NCBI RefSeq assembly: GCF_030028105.1 | Contig: NC_092395.1 | Span: forward strand, 43,986,459 to 44,050,458 | DNA from: Mobula birostris | Taxonomy: Eukaryota | Length of the DNA: 64,000 bases | Direction: 5' to 3' | Part shown: piece after piece, positions 34,996 through 49,521 of the stretch | Position numbering within the stretch: position 1 is the stretch's first letter | How the letters are laid out: each line of letters begins with the position of its first letter | Position numbers and translations under genes: made by a program | The notes under the pieces: model-generated | Database searches by the model: none | What the model was told of the DNA's origin: nothing | What the model saw: only the letters and a program-made list of their open reading frames with translations

Positions 34996-37900
34996 TATAC
35001 ACTTTCACCTCTATTTTACTCTTTACATATCTGAAACAACTTTTTGTGTTCAATTTTATATTATTGGCTAGCTTACATTCACAATGTATCTTTCTGCTCC
35101 AATGTTAAAACTTCTGTTTAAAAATGGTGCATCTGAAGTTGGGCGACAACTTACTGATGGTTCTCAAAGGAAGACTTACAACTAAATAATTTACGAATAA
35201 CACTTTATGTTTGTAAAATCATGGTAAGCAATCTCTGCAAACAGCAAAGAGGCGAGCGAGGCTGAAGAGGACTCAAGGATCAAGACATGTTGAAGAGTAG
35301 TGGCTGGAGTCAGATAGGGAATTGAAGTGAGCCAGTGAGGAAAAGTCCATGCAGAGGAGTTTCCAAGCCTGTCCATCCAAATCGAGAGTGTGGTTTAATC
35401 GATGGAAAGGTTAGGTATGGGATAGAATGTGGCAGCGGGGCCCAGGCCCAGAGTGTATTGATGCGACAGGACCTGAATTCTCGAGCAAGGGATGCCCCAA
35501 TGTTAAGAAGATTTAATCATCAAACTGGAGGTATGGGTTGGGCCTGTTCTGATTGCTGCTCAAAGACTGAGGCTGTGGGCCTTCTACAGCAGCTCCAGCC
35601 TTCATGACTGCAGCCTCTGCAATATTTTGCTCTGGTGTGTGATGAACTGAACCTGAGGCTGTGGGTTTGTGTCCATGGACTCACTTTCCTTCTTAATGCT
35701 GTTTACTTGCTTTAATTGTTTGCACAATTTACTTTTAATTCTGTCTCTGAATATTGAATGTTTGTTCCATGTTTTTCTCATTAGGTCCTTTTAGGTTTCT
35801 TCCTTTGTGGCTGGAGACACATCTCAAGGTTGTATAATGTATACATATTTCGATAATAAATGTACATTGAACTTTTATGTCTATTTTAATTGCCTGCTGT
35901 TGGTTTTTCAAAGCTACAAATCTTCAAACTTCCTGCTAACTTTTGCAATCGTATTTGCTCTCTCTTTGCTTTTCTGCCTGTATTTTGTTGTCTTGTTCTA
36001 TTCTCTATGTTCTATGTAAAAATATGTACAATATTTAGAAGTCAGTCTTTCAATATCTTACTTTTATGATATAAACTTAGGAAACAAATTGAAAAGTGAT
36101 TCAGTAAATGTTCAAACAAATCTTAGTAGGTTTGCTGATTCTTTAAAACTAATCTCTGGAATATGTGCATCACTAGGGAGAGTATCAATTGTCCATCCCT
36201 CGAGAGAGGGATTCTGAACTGTGGTCTTGCACTGCTCTGCTGCTGTCCTTCTGGGGAAGGTGCTCCCACAGTGATGTCAAGGAGGATGTTTCTGTACTTA
36301 GGTGAAGGATCAGCAATACATTTTCAGGTCGACATTGTTTGCCAGTTGGAGTGGAGCCTGCAGGTGGTAGTGTTCCTGTAAATCTTCGACACTTGTCCCA
36401 GCCTTTTTTACAGAATGCCCTTACTTTAACCGAGAGGTACGTGGACCCCAGGTTTGGAACCCCTGCTTTAGTGGTCAAGATGGTGGTCTGGGAGGTGCAG
36501 TCGGAAGGGGTGAGTAAATAACTGAGCTGCATTTTGAAGATGTTCCACACTGCAGCTGTAGTGAGGTGGTTGTGGAGGGAGTAAATAGAGGAATTATCCC
36601 AGATGGTAGTAATCAAGAGGGTTGTTGTGCCAAGGATGATGTTAAACTTCTTGGGAGTTGTTACAACTGAAGTGGAGAATATGCAGTAAGTGGAGGGTAT
36701 TCAGATAAGTGCAATGAGTTCCTATATAAGTATATGTGTTCGTATAGACTATAAAACAATTTACTAATTTGCCAAAATACATTGAAATGAAGTCCAACCC
36801 TACATCTTAGTTTACCTTTCTATTACTTTGATTTCAATGGAAAGGAAACCAAGCTTTGGCAAAGAAAGTGGATTGTTGCGGGGGTTGGGGGGAGAGATCA
36901 CTGAATTCACAGTCAGCAAGCTAAGCCATCAGATTTATTTAACATTTCTTTTTCTCAGTATTCAATGAAAACTTTGTAAGGTGAGTTGACTCAGAAAACT
37001 AAACAGGGCATAATTTGTGAGAAAATTCTTGCTCTGTCTGCCACAACAGAACAACACATGAGATAATGTCCCTTTAAACAGTCAGGCGTCTGACAGATTC
37101 TTCAAGTAACATCAGGTAGAACAGAAACTATGATATTTGGATATTGTGATATAAAACGCAGGCATAAACATCTTGCCTCAGCTCTGGACCGTCCCGCTCC
37201 TCAAAATAACAGTTCATTTCCTCCTGGGGCAGCAGATGTTTGTTATTTTCTCACCCAGATGGCTGCACGTGTGAACTGCACTAAGGCTACTTTTTTTAAA
37301 TGATGAAGTAATTTTTATATTTAAAATTAGGTTATAAAAATGGTTTCTTTCCCCCATGTTAACATGGCTGAAAATGGCCAATTCTTTTGCACTGTATTAG
37401 TTACTCTCCCCTTCCATTCATAACTTAGTGCAAGCTAATTTAAAATAATGTAAACTGATTGGAGCAGGACCAATTGACTACATCTCCCACTAGTGTCATT
37501 ATCATCGATGTATGATGTGTCGTATGATGTAGGCAATCATGGTCTTCCATCTGTCTTTAATCTCAGAATCTCGAATCAGCCCTGCCGGGAGCACTGGCAT
37601 CTACCTGATGAAATGCGTTGTGAGCTTGGTCATGGCCAAAAACAACTCCTGCCTCAGTAAGGACCTGGACAATAGGTCTATGGCTGGCACATTCTCAATT
37701 ATTCTGCACGAACCCTTAGATCACCTGGAAGATACAAGCACCAATGTTGTTCATTGACTATGGCTCAGTGTTTAACACTATTATTCCAACTGCCCTCATC
37801 AAAAAGCTACTGAACCTCAGACTACGTACCTACCTCTGCAATTGGAACCTTGACTTTATAACTGGAAAGCCACAATCTGTGCAGATTGGTAATAATATCT

Positions 37901-38567
37901 CCTCCTCATTGACAATCAGGTCTGGCACACCTCAGGGATTTATCCTTAGCCTACTGCTCTGCTCTCTCCAGACTCACAGACTGTGTGACTGGGCATAGCT
38001 CAACTGCCGTCTATACATTTGCTAATAATGCAACCATTGTTGGCAGAATCTCAGATGGAGAAGAGAGGGCGTACTATTACAAGATATACCAGCTAAATGA
38101 GTGGTGTCGCAGCAGTCACCTGGCACTCAACCTTTGTAAGACAATAGAGCTGATTCTGGAACTTCGAGAAGGGGAAGACGATAGAACATGAACCAATCCT
38201 CATAGAGGGATTAGAAGTGAAGAGACTGAGCAATTTCAAGTTCCTAGGTATCTAACCTGGTCCCAACACATCGATTCAACTATAAAGAATGCAAGACATT
38301 GGCTGTATTTTACTGGGAGTTTGAGGAGATTTGGTTTGTCACCTAAAACACTTGAAAACACTTACAGATGCTCTGTGGAGTGCATTCTGAAAGGCTGCAT
38401 CATTGTCAAGAGTGGGGGTTGTGGATTGGGGGTGGGGTTCTTCTGCACAGGATCAGAAGAAGCTAGAGAAAGTTGTGAAATTGGTCAGCTCCATCATGGG
38501 ATCCAGCCTTTGTAGTATACAAAACATCTTCAAGGAGCGATGCCTCTGAAAGACAGCATCCATTATT

Positions 38568-41500
38568 CATTTTTGAAGTCTTTTTATTGATACATAATCT
38601 TCTACAGCTTTAAAATGGTACAAGATTTCAGCAAATTGACATATATACAGTTAATAAAGCTGAAGAAAAAAATATCAAGAGTAATATATGATAATTTTAA
38701 AAATATTTATAAAGAAAAGAAGGAAAAGAGAACCCCAACTACTAAAAGAAAAAAAAACAGTAACTACAAGAGAAAGGAAAAAAAAAGAAGAAAGAGAGAG
38801 AGAAAAATAGAAGAAAGAGAGAGAGAAAAAAAAACAAAACCATTGGGAACCAATTCCCAGAGCAATACATCTTACAATCACCTGTATATATAAAGAAGAA
38901 AAATCATCAACCGCCAATTCACATTTATATAAAATAAGATTGGACAGAAACCAGATAAATTAATTCAAATTAATTGATAATATTTGGCAAAAGAGCCCCA
39001 TCTTCTCTCAAAATCAAATCGAGGATCAAAAGTCCTACTTCTAATTTTTTCCAAGCTAGTACATAACATTACTTGAGAAAACCATTGAATTAATGTAGGG
39101 ACAGACGTATCTTTCCATTTCAGTAAAATAGCCCTTCTTGCGAACAATGTGACAAATTTCAATTACATATTAGTCTGAAGATGAAATACTCTGAAAATGA
39201 TGCGGAACTATTCCAAATAAGACAGTCAATGTATTAGGTTGTAAGTTAATTATCAGAGCTTTAGAAATTGTTGAAAATAAAGATTTGCAAAAAGATTTTA
39301 ATGAAGAACATGACCATAACGTATGTGACAAAGTGGCTACTTCAGTTTTACACCTATCACAATAGTTGTCAATGTTAGGAAATATATTGGATAGTCTCTC
39401 CTTTGTTAAGTAATAACGATGAACAATTTTAAATTGAATTAAACAGTGATTGGCATATATCAAAGAAGAATTGATCATTATCAAAACTCGCAACCAATCT
39501 TCATTAACAAAAGGTCATGTTAAGTTCTCTCTCCCAATCCCGTTTAATCTTTAGTGAGAGGTTACCTTTATATAGTAAAAAATAAATTATAAATTTTACC
39601 AATGGAACCTCTCACTAAAGGATTCATATTTAAAATAGTATCCAAAAAATCAGATTCTTGCATATATGGAAATTTAAATAAGTATTTTTGTAAAAAATGT
39701 CTGACCTGAAAATATCGCAGCAAGTGTGGCTAAGAGAGAGAATATTTGCTAATTAACTCTTCAAAAGTTACCAATAGACCACCACAAAATAAATCTGCAA
39801 AAGAACAGATCCAGTTATTTCTCCATAAGAGAAAAATGGGATCAGTTATTGATGGTTTAAATAGAAAATTTTGATATAAAAAGCTGGACAACTTAAATTG
39901 TTTAAAATTAAAAGAGTTGCAAAACTGAAAACAAACCTGTAAGGACTGTTTAATAGAAACATAGAAACATAGAAAATAGGTGCAGGAGTAGGCCATTCGG
40001 CCCTTTGAGCCTGCACCACCATTTATTATGATCATGGCTGATCATCCAACTCAGAACCCCGCCCCAGCCTTCCCTCCATACCCCCTGATCCCCGTAGCCA
40101 CAAGGGCCATATCTAACTCCCTCTTAAATATAGCCAATGTACTGGCCTCAACTGCTTCCTGTGGCAGAGAATTCCACAGATTCACCACTCTCTGAGTGAA
40201 GAAGTTTTTCCTAATCTCGGTCCTAAAAGGCTTCCCCTTTATCCTCAAACTGTGACCCCTCGTTCTGGACTTCCCCAACATCGGGAACAATCTTCCTGCA
40301 TCTAGCCTGTCCAAACCCTTTAGGATTTTATACATTTCAATCAGATCCCCCCTCAATCTTCTAAATTCCAACGAGTACAAGCCCAGTTCATCCAGTCTTT
40401 CTTCATATGAAAGTCCTGCCATCCCAGGAATCAATCTGGTGAACCTTCTTTGTACTCCCTCTATGGCAAGGATGTCTTTCCTCAGATTAGGGGACCAAAA
40501 CTGCACACAATACTCCAGGTGTGGTCTCACCAAAGCCTTGATATAAGGGGTAGAGATTTAAATCTGGAATTTTAGCAAGTTGTAGAGGTAATAGAGCTCC
40601 TTATAATGAGGTTAAATGAAATTGTTTGATAGCTTTTAATTCCAATTCAATCCAAGCTGGTTTTTGGCTCTTATTGAGCTAATATAGCAAAAACATAATT
40701 GTCAAGTATTAACAGCCCAATAATACAATCTTAAATTAGGTAGTGCAAGTCCACCATCTTTTTTTTAGATTTTTGTAAATGATACTTATTAATTCTTGTA
40801 TCTTTTTATTATTCCAAATAAAGGATGAAATAATAGAATCAATTTCATCAAAAAATAGTTAAAAGATAGGTATAGTTTGAAAAAAATATATATAAAAATC
40901 TAGGCAAAATCATCATTTTCACGACATGAATACGACATATTAAAGAAAGTGTAAGTGGGTTCCATGTAGAAAATAATTGTTCCTTAGAGTCCATTAAAGG
41001 AACTACATTAGCTTTATAAATATCTTTATATTTTGGTAAAGATAATAGCAATTATTTAAAAGAATTCACAATTCTAAATAGAATATCGTTATATATAAAA
41101 ACAGGAGCATTTAATGGAAACAATTCACTTTTATTTAAGTTAATATCCTGAGAATTTTCCAAAATTATTTAATGTTTCCAAATCATTAGGAATAGATTCT
41201 TCAGGGTTCGAAATATAAACCAAAGGATCATCTGCGTAAAGAGAAATCGTATGTGTGGACCAATTTATCGAGAATAGAATGAATATTTTTAACTTCAAAG
41301 AGTATTATAGCCAAAGGCTCAAGTACAAGATTAAATAACAAAGGACTTAATGGACATCCCTGTCTAGTACCTCGTGAGAGTGAAAAAAGGAGACCTGAAA
41401 TTATTAGTAATAACAGTAGAATAGGATTCTTATAGATCACTTCAATCCACTTATTAAAATTATTACCAAAGCCAATCTTTTCTAAAACATTAAACAGATA

Positions 41501-42835
41501 TGTCCATTCAACTCTATCAAATACCTTTTCTGCGTGAAGGGAAATAACACACTGGGGTATCTTGGATGGTGATGAGTGTATAATGTTCATCAATCTCCGA
41601 ACATTGGAGAAAGAGTAACGGCCTTTAATAAAGCCTGTTTGATCCGTAGAGATGATTGTAGTTAAAGTATTTTCCAAACGGTTAGCCATTACCATAGAAA
41701 GATTTTTTGCGTCCACACTTAAAAGCAAAATAGGTCTATATGATGAACATTCAGTTGGATCTTTATCTTTCTTAAGGATTAAGGAAACAGAAGCTTCATA
41801 AAAGAAGGTAAGTTACCCTTCTCAAAATATTCATGAGATATTTCCAAAAGATATGGAGAAAGTAATTTTTCGATTTTTTTTGTAAAATCCTATGCAATAA
41901 CCATCAAGTCCAGGAGCTTTACCTGATTGCATTGACAGCACAGCTTTCTGAATTTCATGCTCAATAATTGGAGCATCAGGATCTGTTGATCTTCAACAGT
42001 AATTTGAGGAAATTTAATATTATGTTAAAAAAAAGCCTTTATTTTGGAGGAGTCTTCAAGAAATTGAGATTTATAAAGATCAGAATAAAAATCTTGAAAA
42101 AGATATTATTAATGTCTTCATGATTGCTTACTATATCTCCATTATCTTTACAAATCTTTAAAATTTGTCCTTTAGCTCTAGCTGACCTTAATTTGGAAGC
42201 TAAGAGCCTATTATTTTTATCCCCAAAAAAATAAAACTGACATTTCAATTTAAACAAATATCCTTCAATAGGATACGTTAATAATAAATTATATTATGAT
42301 TATAGTTCCATTCTTCTTTTAAACAAATCAACATTTAGAGAGATTGCATTGATGTTATCTAAATCTTTAATTTGTTTCGAAACTTTATCTAATTCCATTC
42401 TTGTCTGTTTCTTCAGCATAGCTAAATACGAAATAATCTGAGCACATAAATAAGCTTTTAAAGTATCCTAAATTACTAACTTTGAGATGTTTGCTGTATT
42501 ATTAAACAGAAAAATATCTTTTATCTGAATTTCAATGAACTCAGCAAATTCTGAGCTTTGCGACAAATGTTCTGGGAAACGCCAAGGTGGCCTTGTAGAA
42601 GCGACATCTTTCAGATCAAATACTATGTTTAAGGGAGCGTGATCAGAAATAACAATTGGATCGTATACACATTTCTGAACATTAAATAGAAGTCAAGGGT
42701 CGACTATAAAATAATTGATTCTCGAATATCTATTATGAACATGTGAGAAAAAGGAATATTCTTTATCACTAGGATGCATATGTATCCAAATTTCAATTAA
42801 GCCATAATCAATTAAAAATGAATTAATAAGTGATA
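38568..42835 (-). mobile_element. L1-clade LINE ORF2, 5'-truncated and degraded
   Basis: QTGFIKGR..AEKVFDRVEW..RGTRQGCPLSPLLF (41228-41728); zf-RVT LIQFKIVHR..CDRC..HTLWSC (39170-39493); A-rich 3' end. Confidence 0.9.
39952..40541 (-). mobile_element. Young CR1 3' fragment nested in L1
   Basis: Open VRPHLEYCVQFWSP..RGHSLRIKG..FFTQRVVNLWNSLP (40051-40533) and an (atagaaac)n tail. Confidence 0.93.
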
Positions 42836-43699
42836 CATCCATTGTTAAGGACCCACATCACCCAGTACATGGCCCTCATTCTTCCCATCAGAAAGGATGT
42901 ACAGAAGCCTGAAGGCACACACATACAGATTCGGGAACAGCTTCCTCCCCTCTGAATTCCGAAATTCTAAATGAACATTGAATCCATGACCTCACTTTTT
43001 AATCATTTCTCTTTTTGCACTATTTTAACTATTTAATATACGCATGTATGCTGATTGTAATTTATTTATTAATTATATTTTTCCTAAATTTATCATGCAT
43101 TGTATTTTACTGTTCCACTAAGTTAACAAATTTCTTGACATATGCTGTTGATATTAAACATGGTTCTGACTCTGAAAACTTTTGCCTGCCCATCCATTGA
43201 CGTAACTAATTAATGCCATGCGCTGATGCCTCTGACATTTTTTCCCATCATTTCTTCCTATCATTGCAAGATATTTGTGTTTCTCTTTCGTCAGTACACG
43301 TTCCAGAAATTAAGGTTGCCATTTCATGATTGATGATATCAACTCTCTTCTTATAGCTGCTTTTCACAACCCTCATTTGCAACCCTGTGCTTCCATGATA
43401 TTTTCATCATACTGAAAAACTCATTTCTGTGGCTCCTGAAAATGAGTCGTATTGTCCAACATTGGATCTCTATGATAGTGTCAAATTAATGCAGCACCAA
43501 AACACTCTCCAGTGTAGCAGTTTGATTCACAGACAAAGCACTGGAAATAAACACACAACAGAGTTGCCTTAACAATAACTGATGTGTTCCCTTATATTTT
43601 CGTTCAAGTCTCCAAATAAGTTGTTTTTCAGAGAGGATTCTTTTGCTCGGAGCATGTTTCAGTTTCATTCTCTGGGGAACAGCTGCCAATAAAGGGATT

Positions 43700-44200
43700 T
43701 ATCTTGAACAACACAAAATGTTGGAGGAGCACAGCAAGTCATCCCATACGTATGGAGAGAAATAAGTGGTCCAAGTTTTGAGCTAAGGCCATTCATCGGG
43801 ATCGAAAAGGAAGATAGCAGAGGCCAGAATGGGAAAATGGAGTGGGCAGGGGAGAAGGGACGAAATACAAACTGGCATTTTATATATGAAACCTGGTGAA
43901 TAGAACAGTGGGCGTGTGGTGGAGGGGGATGAAGGAAGAATATGGGACATGATAGGTGGAATTGCTAAAGGAGAAGGAACCTCACAGAAGAGAGGAGTGT
44001 ACTATGGGAAGGAAGGAAGGGCAATGGAGGAAGCTTAGTAGAAGTTAAGGAGAAGGGAAAGGGTGATGGGGTAACAGAAAGGGGAATGGGAAAAGGGAGA
44101 AAGGTGAGGCATGAGAAATTACAGGAAGTTGTAGAAGTTGATATTTCTCTAACATAACGTTGGATGCTTTGTGGATGGAATAAAAAATGTTGCTCCTTCA
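43700..44200 (-). mobile_element. Diverged PLE 3' fragment
   Basis: ..LKEQHFLFH.. GIY-YIG end (43965-44228) and the PLE terminus. Confidence 0.55.
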
Positions 44201-44879
44201 ACCTGAGTGTGTCACATTTGCCAATCACTTTAATTTCCTGGAACCTGGTTGTAGAATCTCCTCCAATAAAAACAGTCTCTGCCTTTAGACTCTATCTGCA
44301 TGCTCAACGATTTTTTTTTAAAAGTCTACTGTCAGATCACTTTGTAACCTTTTCAGCTTCTCCTGTCCATGCAGAAAACCACAGTGCCTTGCATCTTCAT
44401 TGGATATCCACTTCTCTGTTAATCCTTTATTGACCCAACTGCCCTTGAGAAAGTGATGATGATCTGCCTTCTTGACTCTCTGCAGTTTTTCTGGTGAAGG
44501 TATTCCCACAGTATTGGAAAATGAGGAGATCCAGGAATTAGATTTAATTAACATCCATAAAGTTATTTCTTGCCTATGATGTTACTCTACAGCACATCCT
44601 CACCTTGTCATATATGTTGTAAAGCTCACAGATTTCTGAGGTATTGCTGGAGTAGCATAAAGAAGTAACAGCAGGATATTTTGTAAATAGATCTCTCAGC
44701 ATCCATCGTACACCAGTAGTGGAGGGAATAAAATTTCATGATGGTGGTTGGGTGCCAAATGACTGAGCCGTTTTGTCCCGGAGGCTGAGCTTTTAGAATA
44801 TTTTCAGAGCTGCACTCATCTTCACAAGCAGAGTGAAGTCCATTATGTTTGGTGGGGGGGCGGGGGGGATGATTAGCTT

Positions 44880-47800
44880 GGGACAAACTGCGGCAGTGGG
44901 ATCTCTGGCACTGAATCTGGTTCTGCAGTGCAGAAGGGAAGGTGGAAGAAGGGGAGAGTGGTATTAATAGGGGACTCGATAGTTATAAGCACAGACAGGA
45001 GCTCCTGTGGTCGTGACAGGGACTCCCTAATGGGTTATTGCCTCCCGGGTGCCAGGGTCAGGGATGCCTCTGATCGCGTGCACAGCATTCTGAATTGGGA
45101 GGGTGATCATCCAGATGTCATGGTAAACATTGGTACCAATGACGTAGGAAGAAAGAGTGAGGAGGTCCTGAAGAGTGAGTATAGAGAGCTTGATAGGAAG
45201 TTAGAAGCAGGACTTTGAGGGTGGTAATCTCAGGATTACTCCCTGTGCCACGTGCCAGTGACGGTAAGAGTAGGATGCTCTGGCGGATGGACTCGTGGCT
45301 GCAGAACTGGTGTAGGGGGCAGGGTTTCAGATTTCAGGATCATTGACCTCTTCTGGGGCAAATGGACCCTGTACAATGGAGACGGGTTACACCTGAACTA
45401 CAAGGGGACCAATATCCTTGCAGGGAGATTTGTTAGTGCTATTGGAGACGGTTTAAATTAGATTTGCAGGAGGATGGGAACTAGAGTGCTAAAGCAGATA
45501 GTGGAGAAGGGTGAAGGGTGGCGGGGGGGGCATTGCTAGTCAGGGAAAATGTTACAGCAGTGCTCAGGCAGGACAGATTAGAGAGCTTGTCTATCGAGGC
45601 CATATGGGTGGAGCTGAGAAACGGGAAACGTATGACCACAATGATGGGGTTGTATTATAGACCAGACAATAGTCAGCAAGAATTGGAGGAGCAAATCTGC
45701 GGAGAGATAACAGACAAATGCAGGAAACATAAAGCTATTATAGTAGGGGATTTTAATTTTCCATATATTAATTTGGACTCCCATACTCTTAAAGGTCTAG
45801 GTGGTTTAGAGTTTGTAAAATGTGTTCAGGAAAGTTTTCTAAATCAATATATAGAGGTACCAACTAGAGAGGATGCAATATTAGATCTCCTATTAGGAAA
45901 CGAGTTAGGACAGGTGACGGAAGTGTGTAAAGGGGAACACTTTGGGTCCAGTGATCATAACACCATTAATTTCAATATGATCATGGACAAGGATAGATCT
46001 GGTCCTTGGTTTGAGGTTCTAAACTGGAAAAAGGCCAAATTTGAAGAAATGAGAAAGGATCTAAAAAGTGTGGATTGGGACAGGTTGTTCTCCGGCAAGG
46101 ATGTGATCGGTAAGTGGGAGGCCCTCAAAGGAGAAATTTTGAGAGTGCAGAGCTTGTATGTTCCTGTCAGGGTTAAAGGCAAAGTGAATAAGAATAAGCA
46201 ACCTTGGTACTCAAGGGATATTGGAATTCTGATGATGAAGAAGAGAGAAATGTATGACATGTATAGGAAACAGGGAGCAAATAAGGAGCTTGAGGAGTAT
46301 AAAAAGTGCAAACAAAAACTTAAGAAAGAAATCAGGAGGGCTGAAAGAAGAAATGAGGCTCCTTTGGCAGTCAAGGTGAAGGATAATCCAAAGAGATTCT
46401 TGAGGTATATTAAGAGCGAAAAGATAGTAACGGATAAAATTAGTCCTCTTGAAGATCAGATTGGTCGGTTATGTATGGAACCAAAAGAAATAGGGGAGAT
46501 CTTAAATGGGTTTCTTGCGTCTGTATTTACTAATGAAACTGGCATGGAGTCAATGGAAATAAGTCAAGCAAGCAGTGAGATCATGGAACCTTTACAGACT
46601 GAGGAGGAGGAGGTGCTTGCTATCTTGAGGCAAATCAGAGTAGATAAATCCCCGGGATAACAGGGTATTCCCTCGGACCTTGAAGGAGACCAATGTTGAA
46701 ATTGTAGGGGCCCTGGCAGATATATTTAAAATGTCGGTATCTACAGGTGAGGTGCCGGAGGATTGGATGATAGCTCATATTGTTCCCTTATTTTAAAAAG
46801 GATCTAAAAGTAATCCGGGAAATTATAGGCCGGTAAGTTTGACGTCGGTAGTTGGTAAATTATTAGAAGGAATATTATGAGATAGGATCTACAAGTATTT
46901 GGATAGGCAGGGACTTATTAGGGAGAGTCAACATGATTTTGTGCGTGGTAGGTCATGTTTAACCAATCTATTAGAGTTTTTCAAGGAGGTTACCATAAGT
47001 GGCTGAAGGGAAGGCAGTAGATGTTGTCTCATTGGACTTCAGTAAGGCCTTTGTCAAGGTCCCTCATGGGAGGTTAGTTAGGAAGATTCAGTCGCTCACT
47101 GTACATGGAGAGGTAGTAAATTGGATTAGACATTGGTTGATTGGAAGAAGCCAGAGAGTGGTAGTGGAGGATTGCTTCTCTCGGTGGAGGCCTGTGACCC
47201 GTGGTGTGCGACAGGGATCAGTGCTGGGTCTATTGTTATTTTTCATCTATATCAATGATCTGGGTGATAATGTGGTAAATTGGATCAGCAAATTCGCTGA
47301 TGATACAAAGACTGGAGGTGTAGAGGACAGTAAGAAAAGTTTTCAAAGCTTGCAGAGAGGGATTTAGACCAGCCGGAAAAATGGGCCGAAAAATGGCAGA
47401 TGGAGTTTAATACAGACAAGTGTGAGGTATTGCACTTTGGAAGGACAAACCAAGGTAGAATATACAAGGTAAATGGTAGGGCACTGAGAAGTGCAGTAGA
47501 ACAGAGGGATCTGGGAATACAGATATAAAAGTGGCGTCACAGCTAGATACGGTCGTAAAGAGCGCTTTTGGTATATTGGCCTTTATAAATCAAAGTATTG
47601 AATATAAAAATTGGAATGTTATGTTGAGGTTGTATAAGGCAATGGTGAGGCCGAATTTGGAATATTGTGTACAGTTTTGGTCACCAAATTACAGGAAGGA
47701 TATTAATAAGGTTGAAAGAGTGCAGAGAAGGTTTACAAGGATGTTGCTGGGACTTGAGAAAGTGATTTACAGAGAAAGGTTGAATAGGTTAGGACTTCAT

Positions 47801-48195
47801 TCCCCGGAGTGTAGAAGAATGAGGGAAGATTTGATACAGGTATATAAAATTATGATAGGTATAGATAGAGTGAATGCAAGCAAGCTTTTTCCACTGAGGC
47901 TCGGGGAGAAAAACAACAGAGAACATGGGTTAAGGGTGAAGGGGGAATAGTTTAAAGGGAACACTGGGGAGGGGAGTGGTGGGAGTGAGCTGCCAGATGA
48001 AGTGGTAAATGCGGGCTCACTTTTAACATTTAAGAATAATTTGGACAGGTACATGGATGAGAGGTGTATGGAAGGATATGGTCCAGATGCAGGTCTTTGG
48101 GACTAGGCAGAAAAATGGTGCAGCACAGCCAAGAAGTGTCAAAAGGCTTGTTTCTGTGCTGTAATGTTCTATGATTCTATGGTTCTATGTTCTTG
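44880..48195 (+). mobile_element. Near full-length disrupted CR1 LINE
   Basis: ORF1 LIGDSIV..CLPGARV..NIGTND; ORF2 GLYYRP..VGDFN..SDH (45518-46660), LDFSKAF..QGSVLG..FADD (46999-47367), EYCVQFWSP (47531-47950); (ttctatg)n tail. Confidence 0.93.
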
Positions 48196-48659
48196 TCTTA
48201 GGATTTATAAATAGCAGAAATGCAGACTGATGGGTACTTATTTAATCCTATCGCCCCCTACAGGGGCAAAGACTGCCGACAGCTGTTCATCAGAGTCCTC
48301 TGTCCTGTGCTGTTTTTTTACGTTGTCCCTCGGTGTACCCACCTTCGAAGATTCATCCTCTCCCCACGATAAGATCTTTGGAGCTTCTTTTGCTGTTTCT
48401 GTAGCTCTGGGTTTTTCACAGGATGAAGTTGCAAGCCCCATACCCAATCCCCCTCCATTCACAGGTGAGAGAATCATCCATAGTCGAGTTTTTGTGATGG
48501 TGATGGCAGGAAATGCTGAGGTTCCTAGTTCAAAACATTCTTCATGGACATGCATAACATTTTTATCGTCTGAAAATTACTTGTCATTTACCAGCCCATG
48601 TCCGAATGTGATGGTGATGTCAAACCAGGAAATGAAATCAGATCTTGCATATGAAAGAT

Positions 48660-49495
48660 GTCTTCTCTTGTCAACACACCTAAAATGCTGGAGGAGCTCA
48701 GCAGACCAGACAGCATCTATGGAAATGAGTACATTAAATGTCTCCGGCCAAGACCATTCATCAGGACCAGAGAGAAAAGGTGAGGAGTCAGAGTGCGAAA
48801 GTTGGAGTGTGGGAGCGGAGGAAGAAATACATGCTGATGGGTGAAACCAGGCAGGGGTGAATGAAAGAGCTGGAGGGTTGATTCGTGTAAGATATAATTG
48901 ATCCTGTACTCACTAGACTTACACGAATTTGGGAGTGAGGATCTCATTGAAAGCTACTGAATGTTGAAAGGACAAGATAAGGTGGATGTGGAGAGGATGT
49001 TTCCTATGGTGGGGGTGTCCAGAATTAGAGAGCACAGCTTCAAAATTGAGGGGTGACCCTTTAGAACAGAGGTAGGGAGGGTTGTTTTCAGCCAGAGAGT
49101 AGTGAATCTGTGGAATACTCTGCCACAGACTGCAGTGGAGGCCAAGACCATGGGTATCTTTAAAGTGAAAATTGATAGGTTCCTGATCACTCAGGGCATC
49201 AAAGGTTATGGCGAGAAGGCAGGTGTATGGGATTGAGTGGGATACGGGATCAGCCATGATGGAATAGCGGAGCAGATGTGATGGGCTGGTGGCCTAATTC
49301 AGCTTCTATGTCTTATGGTCATATGGGCTTATGCAGTGCTGGAGAAGTGGGAGTCGATGGGAGGACAGAAGGCCATGGTAGAAGGAAAAGGCGGAGGAGC
49401 ACCAGCGGCAGGTTATGGGCAGGTAAGCAGATGAAGTGAGCGAGGAAAATGGGAATGGGGAAAGTGAAGGGGGCATCACCGGAAATCGGATACCT
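48660..49495. mobile_element. PLE tail (48660-48900, -), CR1 3' end (48910-49330, +) and PLE fragment (49330-49495, -)
   Basis: Terminal motifs as in the other copies. Confidence 0.7.
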
Positions 49496-49521
49496 GAAAT
49501 CTTCTCTTGTTCCCATTCCAG

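Larger units (their letters stand above)
37590..43150 (+). mobile_element. Rex1/Babar-type LINE split by an L1 insertion (pieces 37590-38567 and 42836-43150)
   Basis: [22 protein letters not shown] (37744-37998), FANNATIVG, KTIELILE. The C-terminal reading ASII|KDPHHP is rejoined across the 11-bp TSD catccattatt (38557-38567) / catccattgtt (42836-42846). Confidence 0.85.

Noticed and set aside
48230-48844. Overlapping ORFs upstream of the orphan C exon
   Set aside because: No Ig V/J or other domain motif is recognised, and the 3' part runs into a PLE tail.
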